NCBI GenBank assembly: GCA_964555845.1
Contig: CAZKUA010000004.1
Span: 12,544-76,543 of the forward strand
Direction: 5' to 3'
Source of the DNA: an uncultured Candidatus Peribacteria bacterium
Lineage (GTDB): Bacteria > Patescibacteriota > Gracilibacteria > BD1-5 > UBA2023
Length of the DNA: 64,000 nt
In this document: piece after piece, positions 1-11,100 of the stretch
Numbering within the stretch: the first letter of the stretch is position 1
Layout: each line of letters opens with the position of its first letter
Program-made: the position numbers and the translations under genes
The notes under the pieces: model-generated
Databases searched by the model: none
What the model was told of the DNA's origin: nothing
The model's input: the letters and a program-made list of their open reading frames with translations, nothing else

Positions 1-262
1 ATGTAAAAACTCAGGGTTTTATATACTTTATTATTATATCTTCTTTTTTCCATTCTCAACCCTTAATTTCATCTGCAAAAGTTTTATTAATTATAATATC
101 ATAAACTTCTTTTTCTTGTTCCTCTATAGTTTTAGGAATTTCTATTTTTAGTCATTTCAAAGCCCTTTGAAATTCATTATTTCATGATTGTTTGTTTCGC
201 TCAATAGCTGGATTTTGATGTAGTAAATCCATATTATTTATATCTGGTCAAGGCATTCACAT
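1..262 (-). CDS. hypothetical protein, C-terminal part cut by the window edge
   Basis: With TGA read as Gly, the minus-strand frame is open from ATG at 262 (alternative ATG at 256) to position 1. No TAA or TAG in frame. No recognisable motif. Confidence 0.45.
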
Positions 263-279
263 AAATTAAATAGTTAAAA

Positions 280-551
280 TTATTTTTTATCTTTTTGTTT
301 ATCTTTTGTTCTAATATCTATTCTCCTCAACTCCTCACTATTCTCGTCCAATTTATCCACATACCTAATCAAATCTACTATACTATGAGACTCCATAGAT
401 TTTTGAGTAGAATTTCGCTATCTCATATATCTTCTCAGAGATTAGCTATCATAGTTAATCAAGCAGTTGTTTTTACATTTGTTATATTCTTTCATATTGT
501 ATCATAATTTCTGTTTTTTGCAAAATCTTGGAACTTTCAAAATTTTCTATA
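280..551 (-). pseudogene. degraded C-terminal fragment of a lipase paralog (copy of the 3' end of CDS 630..2072)
   Basis: The translation (..NITNVKTTAGLTMIANLGEDIGDSEILLKNLWS.. then ..DLIRYVDKLDENSEELR..) parallels the last ~90 aa of the adjacent lipase gene. There is no start codon. In-frame TAG TAG lies at 375-380 and a frameshift follows. The nucleotide core 421-489 is about 90 percent identical (by eye) to the reverse complement of 1862-1930. Confidence 0.5.
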
Positions 552-629
552 CTAAAATTTGCATAATCTGCATAATTATATTACAATGTATCTAAATAAA
601 AACAAAATTAACAATTAAGTTAGATCAAA

Positions 630-2072
630 ATGCCTTCTCACGAATCATTTTCAAATAATAGCGAATTATCTCAAATATTGGAAATTAGTAAGCCAACTCC
701 AGAACAGCTAATAAGAGCTAGATTAAGAGCTTTAAATTCAATAAATTTCCTTCAGAAACATACACAAGTAGAAGATAAAGAAAAACAAAATTTTTTAATA
801 GATTTTGATATTGATAAAATATGGGAAAATTGATTTGAAGAACCAAAAAAAGAAACTTATTCCAAACCAGAAATGAAGACTAAAACTGAAGAATTAGGTG
901 AAAAAGAAAAATTGCAACTTTATGGTAATTTATCTAATTTAGCATATTCAGAATTTAAGACAATTCAAAATAAGCAAGAAAATTATAATACTCAAAATCT
1001 GCAGATTTCTTGAATAAAATTAGATCCACTAAATTATCCAAATATTAAAAAAATATTTACTGACAAAAAACCTGATAATCTAAATCCAGATGAAGAATTT
1101 TTGTATAATTATGTGAATAATGATAAAAATAAAATACTGATAAATATATTTAATAATCCCACCTCTGTAGCTTGAGATGTTAGAGATATATTAAGATTAG
1201 CCTGATTCAAAAGTGATATAAATGATATTAATTGAAATTTAAAATATGCTTTAAATGATGAATATTGAGTAATTTCTGATGCTTGAAATGGTATTTCTGT
1301 TTGAAATAATACCAAAGGAAATGAAGATTCCAAAAAAATAAAATTACTACAAAATTGATTTGAAGCTCTAAGAAAAGAAAAAATCAAAGAAAATTGAAAT
1401 GTTTTAGAAAGTATAAACTGAAATTTTGAAATACTTGATTATTATCCAAATGAAACCAAAAATGATAAAGTTAATTCTTGATTTTGAGCTATTTGTCTGA
1501 AAGATAAAACTACTTGAGAAAAAGTATTTGCAATTAGATGAACAGAAATTGATGATTGGTGAGATTTAAAAGCAGATTGAAAACTTTTGATTAAGTGAAT
1601 ACCCGAAAATCAAACAAAAGATATGATTGATTTTGTAGAAAGAAATATAACTAAATGAGAAAAATTTAATATTACTGGACATTCTCTCGGTTGAGCTTTA
1701 GGTCAAATACTCTCTGCCATGTATAAGGATAACAAACAAGAAACTTATACATTTAATTCCCCTGGAGCTAAAGAACTAAAATCAAATATAGAAGAAAATG
1801 ACCCATATTTTGCAAAATTTGATAAATTCGAGTATAATAAGAGTAAGAAAGAAACTTGAGAAAATATTACAAATGTAAAAGCAACTGCTTGATTGACTAT
1901 AATAGCTAATCTCTGAGAAGATATATGAGACAATGAAATTCTTTTAAAGAATTTATGGAGTCATTGAATAAGGGATATGATAAAATATATAAATAATTTA
2001 GATGAAAATAGTGAGGAGTTGAGAAAAAAAATTCACGAAAAACCTTCTGCTAAAAATAATATAAATGATTAA
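630..2072 (+). CDS. class-3 lipase-like alpha/beta hydrolase (480 aa)
   Basis: ATG at 630 and TAA at 2070, with the frame checked codon by codon under code 25. Nucleophile elbow GHSLGGA at 1677-1697, with the second Gly encoded by TGA. It is preceded by VFAIRGTE, which is typical of the lipase_3/DUF2974 family. Confidence 0.8.
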
Positions 2073-2092
2073 TTTTTAATTAATAATAATTT

Positions 2093-3004
2093 ATGTCTGA
2101 AAAACAAATAGATACATATGACGAAAATGCTAGCTCTTCAAATTGAGAATCAAGAGCTAATGATGTAAAAAATATTCCTAGCGATACACGAGAGATACTT
2201 TTTATAGGCTGATATATTAAGCCCTTTGATTATTATAAATCAAAAGAAGAAAAAGTGAAAGAAATTATTCTTAGTAGGACTCTTGATAAATCAATAAAAG
2301 AATGACATTATGAATGATGAATTGATGTTAAATATATTTGAGAAGGTCTTTATTTAGTTAAAAGTATAAAAAAATGAAATATAACTTTTTATTCTGATAA
2401 AGATTGAAAGCCTGTTTTTTCAATTTCATGAATAAGAACTGATTCTTTTATTAAAAATTGAAAAGCACTCGAAGATTTAGGATATATTGAAAAAAAAGAA
2501 GGCGATACTTATAATATGTATAAAATAGATTGATATAAAGAGTGAATTGATTGAAAAAAAGAGCCTATTTTATGAGAACAGATAAAAATTGATAATATTC
2601 AATATTATAAAATATGGAAAAATATTCTTTTTCAATCTGACATTTATAGTAAATTTTTTCTATTAAAAGATTGAAAACCTATTGAAAGAAAATTACTCAC
2701 TTATTTCATTGAATGATGATCCTTCAAATTCGAAGACCTTGAAATTTTCAGACAAAAATGACTCATAACTCCAGAAGATTTTAATTATTGAATTCAAGAA
2801 ATGAAAAAAGTATTAGTTTCTCAATGTGGTGACTCAAGACTTATAAATCTAAAATGACTTGACTGAAAAACTTCTTGAATAAAAGAGAGTGATTTAAAGA
2901 AATACATGGAAAAAAAAGAATATTGAATATCTCCAGAACTAGCTTTAGAATGTTATAAGGTTTTGCCTAAGGAAATGAGGGATTTGAGCAATAAAAATGA
3001 CTAG
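2093..3004 (+). CDS. hypothetical protein (303 aa), co-oriented immediately downstream of the lipase gene
   Basis: ATG at 2093 and TAG at 3002, an uninterrupted code-25 frame with many TGA codons. No recognised domain. Confidence 0.6.
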
Positions 3005-3025
3005 AAATTTTTTCTAGTCATTTTT
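2993..3025. terminator. bidirectional hairpin shared by two convergent genes
   Basis: Perfect inverted repeat AAAAATGACTAGAAA / TTTCTAGTCATTTTT with a 3-nt loop. It carries an A-run on one side and a T-run on the other. Both convergent CDS end inside it. Confidence 0.6.
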
Positions 3026-4954
3026 GTACCTCTCCACAAACTCCAAAATCTCTCAAATATCCCTAGTTTTATGTACGCTATCAAGTATCTTGTAAAAACC
3101 TATCTCATCATTTCTTTTTATATCTCACAAATATAGAGGAGAAAATCAATTTTTCAGTAATAATAAATCAGTTAAAATATCAATCGTTCTTCCATTTCAA
3201 TCTCAAAAAGGATGAACTACCGAGAAATCAGTTAAAAATAGAAGAATATCACTAATTCCTTTTTTTGAATCATTAAAATTCAAGACTATTTCTTGAATTC
3301 ATTTTTCTACTTTGTGATGTTTGAAATACACATTTTTATTTGGATTAGTTTTAGAAATAAGCTCAATATTTCTATATTCTCCAGGTACCATAGAAATAAA
3401 ATCTCTTCAATTAATATCTCTTGCTTTTTGGATAAATCAATTTGGATATAGATTTTTGTGAAGCTCTTTTATTATAGTATCACTTAATTTAAAAAATGGA
3501 TTTGAAATAATCTTTTTTTGACAAAAGTTTATAACTTTTTCAGTATCAGAGTTATATCAATTAAAGATTAGCTGATGTTTATCTTCTGGAGTTCTTAGAA
3601 GAGCATTTTTTAAGTAAGATAAAGTATTGTTGTATACTATTTTTCTGACATCATAATCTGAAAGTTCTGGGCGGATGTTTATGAAATTTTCAGAAATTTT
3701 TATATCTAATTTTCTTTGATATGTATTTTCTCAATTTTCTTTTATTGAAATGTATTGATTTAGCACCTCATTATATCATCAGTGCTTTTGCATAAATCCG
3801 ATAACAAGATATAAATATTGTTCATATTCATGTTTTACCTGCTCTACTTTTATTCCTGCTTGTTCCATGATTTTTCTACCTCACCATGAAGGATCTTCTA
3901 GAATATAATAAACTTCATCAACTCAAAAATCCACCAATGCTTTTGCACAATTATTACAAGGTTCCATAGTAACAAATAAAACTTTTTTACACTGTTTTCA
4001 TATATAATTTTGTCATTTATTTATAATATCTATCTCTGCATGAAGAGTGTGATTATTGTCTGTAACCACTCTATTTTGTCATAATATTTCTGTACTATCA
4101 TCTACAATCAAAACAGCTCAAATAGGATAATTTCAACTATTATATGTTTCTAGGGCCAGATTTATAGATTTTTGGAGATATTGTTCTATTTCAGTTATAG
4201 ATTTTTGTATATAAATATATTTTTCTTTTTTTAATAATTTTCAATCTTTAATATAATCTTTTATATTTTTAATTATTAATACAATTTCATTGTCTTTAAG
4301 TTTTTCAAACATTTTAAAAATCATAAATGAAATCATATTCTTTCATTTTTGCGTTAAATTTATTATTTCTTCTACTCAATAAAGGTGTGATTCTTTTACT
4401 TCTGTGGTATAGGAAATATTTAATTCTTCTAATGATAAAATTATATTTTCATTAATATCGTTTATTGTGTATCAAAGATTTTTTCTTAATATAGATTCAA
4501 TAGAATTAATATCTTTATTTACTATAATTATAGTTCATCAATAATTTAATTTTTTATAAACTATTTTTAATAGTTCTTTTATATTTCAAATAGAACGAAA
4601 AACAAAAGATAATATTATTATATCTGATCTTGGTAAATCTATATTTTCAATTAATTTATTATAAAAAATAACATTTTTATTTGTATTATTTTTTTTAAAT
4701 TCTTCTATTAATTCATATGAAGACTCAATATAATTATAAACATATTTTTTATTTAATTTTTGAAAATTAGCTATAATTTTATTGGCTATAATTCAATTTC
4801 CTGCTCAAATATCAGATATAATAATTTCCTCCTTGTCTAATTTTTGTATTATGTCAAAAATTGTTTGAGCTATAATATCTTTTTGATTTGTATTATTTAT
4901 CGAATCAAAATAAATATTTTTACTTGAATTATATAAATTAGGTATTCAATCCAT
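3014..4954 (-). CDS. three-domain fusion protein: SAM-methyltransferase-like + CMP/dCMP(TadA)-type zinc deaminase + Fic domain (646 aa)
   Basis: The frame was checked line by line: ATG at 4954, TAG at 3016-3014. MTase motif I DIGAGNG at 4793-4813. Deaminase motifs HAE at 4034-4042 and PCNNC at 3947-3961, preceded by YPIGAVLI. Canonical Fic motif HPFGDGNGRTID at about 3188-3214, with both Gly of HPF-G-D-G encoded by TGA. Confidence 0.8.
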
Positions 4955-4957
4955 TTT

Positions 4958-5671
4958 TTAAAATAGTTTAGAAGTAGAGTATATTGTCTGTTTATTTTTC
5001 ATATCTATTATTTTTTGGCTTAAATTATTGTTATGAAAATCACTAATGAATCATGCTATTTCTTCTAAAATATTATTTTTTTGTATATTCTCCTCATAAT
5101 AAGTTGTAATATAATACATAAATTTAGAATCTTTGAATCTTATATCTAACATGTTTAGTAATAAAACTCAATATTTAGTACATTCTAAATCACAAATTAT
5201 AGATACAACAGTTAGATTGCTATCACTAAATGGATGTACTCTCAGAAAATCAAAATAATATTTTAATATATTTGCTATTGTTTTATTTTGTATGAGATTA
5301 TATTCATTTGTAAATTTGTACAAATCTTTTTCTATGTCACATTGTTTTGACCAGTAGGATGTAGGTATTTGTGGGTTATAATCATGTAATCTCCATTCTC
5401 ATGGTATATTTTCATAACGAATTCATTCGCGTTGCACTATTATTTTAAAGTCTTTCGGATAAAGTAATCTATGAAGTCATTTCATAAAGTCAATATTTAA
5501 ATAACCTATTTTTGAATAATTTTCATAAATATAATCTGATAATATTTTCATGTGACCTTCAAAAGACTTTTTGGCTTGTTCTAGATTTAATTTACCGCTC
5601 AAAATCCCTGCTTCAAATTTTGGAGCGAGGGTTTCGGTTACGGTTAATTTTATAGTTTCTTTGTTAAGCAC
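4958..5671 (-). CDS. Fic/DOC-family-like protein with a degenerate active-site motif (237 aa)
   Basis: ATG at 5671, TAA at 4960-4958, frame checked. It contains GEWR and HPFSDSNLTV where HxFx(D/E)GNGRxxR is expected. Only 3 nt separate its stop from the start of the downstream fusion gene. Confidence 0.65.
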
Positions 5672-5680
5672 GAATAGTTA

Positions 5681-8023
5681 TTAATTTTTATAAATTTTAA
5701 CGTAATCAATAATATCATTCCATTGGGATGTTTTGTCATTTTTCGATCAAATATATAACTCATTTCAGTAATTTGTTATAATTCATCAACTTGTAGTCGT
5801 ATTTCATGTAAGAATTAGATTATTTCAATCTAAAATAGATAAATTAGGAATTCAATTTTCAAATTTTGAGATTACTTTATAGAATTTATTGTTATCAGTA
5901 ATTTTTGTTATTATATCAGAATTATTTATAATAGATCTTGTATATAATGATCAAATATTAGTAAAATACAAATACAATCATCAATTATACATATTTAAGT
6001 TTATATCACTTGTTCATCCCGAAAAATTAAATAATTTATATGTTCCACTCTTTCTTTCTATTGTATTCAACGCCCCACCCCTCACACTCATCTCAATACT
6101 AAAACTATCCCCCAAACTCAATTTACTCAAATCATATTTCATATAATTGCTCTGAAGAGTACTCACTGCAATTCCTCTTTCTCCACTAATCATCGACATA
6201 AAGGAATTAGGTATATTCAAATAATAAATATTAGAATTATTTAAAGAAGAATAACCAGCCGAATTAATATATGAATTAGTTCAAACATCATTCTTATAAT
6301 TCCCTCAATCATATTTAGTACTCGCCACATAATCAGTTCTCGGTTCTAACTTCTTGTTATCAACAGTAGGAGAGTTACTATACATATACAAATCTCAGAT
6401 ATTATCGTATGGAGCATAGGCTACAAGATTCTCATCCTGACATCCAAATCATAGGAATGATTTCATTCAAGTTTCACACTCTAGATTAAATCCAGCTGAA
6501 GCTCTTTTTAGTCATATAATTGCAGATTCACTTATTGAGGTTCAATTTGAATTTAGTGTTGCCCGACCTGTACAATTTTGTTTTCACTCGATAATATTCA
6601 CACACAATCTCACAGCATAATTGTTACTTCAATTCCATGTAATTCCAGTCTTATCTATAACAGATAAAGTAGCCAAAAATGTCCCAGAATAACTATCTTC
6701 AACTCCATTTCCAGTTCACTTTATCTCAATACTCGTAGCTCACATATTTTCTACTTTAATTCCGAGCTTTCCAGATATACTTCTATCAATACTTATAATA
6801 TTCGGCAATATCCCTGAATTAAATTTTAATACAGGAGTTTCTATTTCGAGAACTTTTCCTGTTCATACATTTCAAGTATCAGATGATGTAGGAATAGCAG
6901 TTCATGTTACATTTAGATAAATTGGTTTTTCTCAAGTTTTCACTTCCATATATGAAACTCAGTCTACAACAGTAAATCAAGTTCAAATATTAGTATCTGT
7001 AAATAATGGAGTAGTACCTCAGGTCTCATTCTCTTTTGTTACCTCTAATTTTCAATCAATCAGTGATACACTTCCAGAAGAAGCATTTGTAGTCATTCCA
7101 AATACTGTTCATCTCACGGTTGCTGCTAGGAATTTATTTTTCAATTCAAATGAAGAGTTATCTTCCAGTTGCGGAGCTTTTACCCAGATTTCACCAAGAG
7201 ATAAATTAATCATTACTTTTGTGAATAAATTACTGTCATCAGTGTATTCTAAATCAGAAAAATCAAGAATTGATTCTCCAGAAGCTGACCCAAGTCTTAG
7301 CTCTGTCCCATCTGATAAATTAATTATCACAAGTCATCAAGTTTGCACTTTTATAGTATTTCATTTTTCTATCTCATAATCTAGAATATTTGTAGAAGTA
7401 ATCTCACCACCATTCCCATCTTCAATTTTCACACTTCCAGAATAAACTGATATTTTTCAGGTTAGTTTGATTTCGTATGGATTGTAAGGCAAGAATTTAC
7501 TCTTATTAGTCACAAAATTAGGTCCAGCATATTCTTTAACCAGTCCAGCTAGCTCCATTCTATTTCATCCAATATCTCAGACTACATAGCTAAAATATTC
7601 TCATTTTTCATTTAGAACTGTTGCTATATTGTATCCAGAATTTCCATCAAGTCTTTTTCAGAATGCATAATAATTTTTTGTTTGTTCATCTTTAAAAGGA
7701 TATCAGACCTTATCTTTAGAAAGAGTTTTTTGAGTCAAAAATCAACTTACTCAAAAAGCCCCAGACCCAGAATGCGCATAAGTTCATTTTTTGTCATAAT
7801 ACTGTCTGTTTCAGCTTGGGTCAGGAAAAGTCTTGTTTTGAGTGTAGCTAGTCTGAAACAGATTATATATTGCAGTCAAATCTGCTACACGAGAAGTATT
7901 ATATTGATTAGATTGATAATTCGTAGCAAATGTAAATCATACTATTGCGAGAACTGCGATTATGGCAGTGGTGGTGATTATCTCCACTAGAGAAAATCAC
8001 TTTATTGACTTATTCATATACAT
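5681..8023 (-). CDS. large type IV pilin-like (prepilin N-terminal domain) protein with a FecR-like and possibly a LamG-like domain (about 780 aa)
   Basis: The frame was checked line by line and ends at TAA 5683-5681. N-terminus M(YM)NKSIKG|FSLVEIITTTAIIAVLAIV is the class III signal / N-methylation motif. The Gly at -1 is TGA at 7997-7999. The FecR-like segment is LSDGTELRLGSASGESILDF...GEIWVKA...ATVRGTVFGM. The start is ambiguous among ATG at 8023, 8017 and 8053. Confidence 0.75.
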
Positions 8024-8161
8024 ATAAGTAAAGAAATAGTGACGACAGTTTAGCATATTTAGATAAGGAGTCAAATTTTTTTCACAAAAATTTGATTATT
8101 TTAGTATTTTTTATATAATTTGCTTTATTGAAAATCGTTCGTTTAATTTATTTTAAAAAAC

Positions 8162-11100
8162 ATGAAAATTATTAAAAAATTTTTTGTTTATATTATTGTT
8201 ATTTCACTTGTATTTAATCAGTCTTTTTATAACATAGTTAATGCCTCAGCATCGCTTAGTATTCAGCTTTTTTTGCTTAATTGAGTTTCTAGTAATTTAT
8301 CTGTTAATCCCGGAGATTCTTTTAAAATTTCTCTTGAATGAATTAATGATGGAACAGATACATTAACGAGTGTTTATTGAAATGTATATTTTTCTGATAA
8401 TAATAGTTTCACTTATAATACGAATTTATTTACTCTAATAAATTTTGCAACTATTACAAATCCTATTCCAGGGACTGATTATACGGCTTGAAATTGACTT
8501 TATACCCAGATTACTGGCTGATCGACAACGACATTAATCGCCTGAAAAAAACCAAAGATTTCATGAACAGCATTAAATAATTTCACTGCTAATTCTAATA
8601 TTTCTACTTATTCAAATACCATTTATTGAAAATTTAGCGGACTAGATCCGGCTCTAAATCCAATAAATTCTACTATAAGTCAACTTACAATTTATGCGAA
8701 TGTAAGACCTCATATCACAGATTATTATTTTGAGAAAGCTGATGGATCAGAGGTTACAAATCAAATACAATGAGCCAATGCAGAAGCTATAAACTTGGTA
8801 TTAAAAGTAAAAGATTATAATGGTTGTGCTAATATTGATGGGTGAGCCGTTGTAGCTAATTTAAGCCAGATTTGATTAAGTTCTTCTGAAAGTCTTACAT
8901 ATAATAGTTGTGATGGGGACGGTAAGACTGCTATATTTAAAAGAACTTGAATTACAACTACAGCATCACTTAGTACTTATAATTTTAATTATTCTCACTT
9001 TACTGCTACTGATGAAGATGGTAATGTAAATACTCCAACTGATGCTAATACAACTTTTGATGATGAAGATAAAAAAACTGATTTTCCACTTACTGTGATA
9101 TCAGCCGGAGCACCGGGCGTTAGTAATTTATGAATTACAGATGATTATATAGGATGACCAGCTGAGACTTCTACTACTTTTAGTTTCTCTGGAAGTCAGG
9201 ATGGGGAATACAAGGTGGCATTATGAAGCGATTGAACTTGTAATTGATGAACTACTTTACTTGATTGGACAGCGACATGAACTTATGTTGCCTGAGACTC
9301 TGCTAGTTTTGTAATTAATTCAGCAAGTCTTAGTGATTGAAATAATAATATCTATGCTTGTTTTAGAAATGTAACAAGTGAGATATGATCTACAACTCAA
9401 ACTATTATTAAGGATACTACTAATCCCACCATAAGCTCTCTCCAAGTGAGTCCCGCGAGTGTAGTTACAAATGATAGTAATGTAAGTTTTATTTGTAGTG
9501 AAGCAGGTTATTATAAGACAAGTATTGGATGAAATATAATTACGAATTATACCATAACTACTGCTGGGGCTACTAATTCATCAGTAATTCCAAATGCTAA
9601 TTTATTTGAATGAGATAATATCATTACAGTTTATTGTAAAGATGACGCCTCAAATGAGCTAACTACAACAACAAATGTAGTCAAATCTACTGCTCCACCA
9701 AGCCTAAATTGAGCTGTAACTTCCTTTTCTGATACTGATATTGATTATGATTGACTTAACTGATCAGATTTAAATTTTACTTGGGATAACACAAATGCTG
9801 TATCTTATAATTATTTTGAATCATATAGACTCTATCTTCTTCCATCTAATATTACACTAAATACTAGCTCTCATACTTATATTAAGATATTGTCCGATAA
9901 AAATCTAGCAACTTGGACTTGAGATTCTACCATTACAAAAGACTCTACAAATACAGACTTAGTTAACTGAGCAAGCTATCAAATGTGTATTGCAATTATG
10001 TGAACAAACTGACAATTATGAGAAGCTGGATGTAGCGATGCCTCAGCATTAATTACAGATGTAGTACAACATCCAAATGTACTTAGTGCCAGATTTAATT
10101 CTTCAACCAATTTAGAACTTACTACAGATGCAACTCTTGATACAGATATAGCTACTCATAGCGGAGAATTAGTATCTTTTATAGTGTGATCTACTACATA
10201 TACCGGAACTGCCATAGCTTCAGTTGATTCACAAAAAATTAATATTACAATCCCAGATTTATGAAATCTCTGAGCCACTTGAACAGGATTATTACTGTTT
10301 ACTTGAGCTATTCATTCTTTTTCTTGAGGATTTAATAATTATTTTAGCTCAGGAAGTCTTATAATTACTGACTGACAAGCTCCTACAATTGCTGGATTTG
10401 TAAATAATACGGCATCTCCTTATGGCTCTTTTTTCTCTTGATCTATAAATGTATGATTTACTTTCGCTGAAGCCATGAGAGCCTCTGGATATACCAAAAT
10501 TACTTTTGATAGAACTGCCTGAAATGCCTCAGCTCAAAAAATTTATGAAATAACCGATTCTTCTAAGCTAACTCCTGGAGTTCATAGTGTAGACATTAAT
10601 TTGGTATCTCTATGATTAGTCTCAGGTACTACTTATGATATGAAAATTACAGGACAAGATTTGGCTGGTAATTCTGTCACTTCTGGAGCTATTACTGTTA
10701 AATTTGATAATGTTTGACCGGTTATAATGAGTCTTAGCCCTATTTGAATTTCTTGAATTACTGATCCATTTTTTAATTGGCTTGCGACTACTGATGATGG
10801 CGGGAATTGATCTGGAGTTGGAGGTTATACTCTAAAAATATTTTCTGGATCTACTTGTACAACTCTATTATCTCAAACTGGAATTACAGACCCAATAACA
10901 CTGCAATATCAAGTACTTCTAGCTGATATGAGAGATTATGCTTGGAATATAGTCGCTTATGATAATATGTCTAATTTATGAACTACTTCGGCTTGTGATA
11001 GTTTTTCAGTAAATACTTCTATTCCAGTAATATCTAGTTTATCTATAAAAAATAATTGAGGAACCCCTATAACTTATACAAAAACAGCTGATACTATCAA

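Noticed and set aside
7682-7990. 102-aa plus-strand ORF. Similar antisense ORFs are at 5889-6146, 11887-12075, 13143-13352, 13282-13464, 18214-18459, 34401-34661, 34785-34994, 44618-44927, 47590-47832, 59527-59715 and 60064-60762.
   Set aside because: Each lies inside and antisense to, or out of frame with, a much longer code-25 CDS that has recognisable motifs. They are hydrophobic, low-complexity shadow ORFs.
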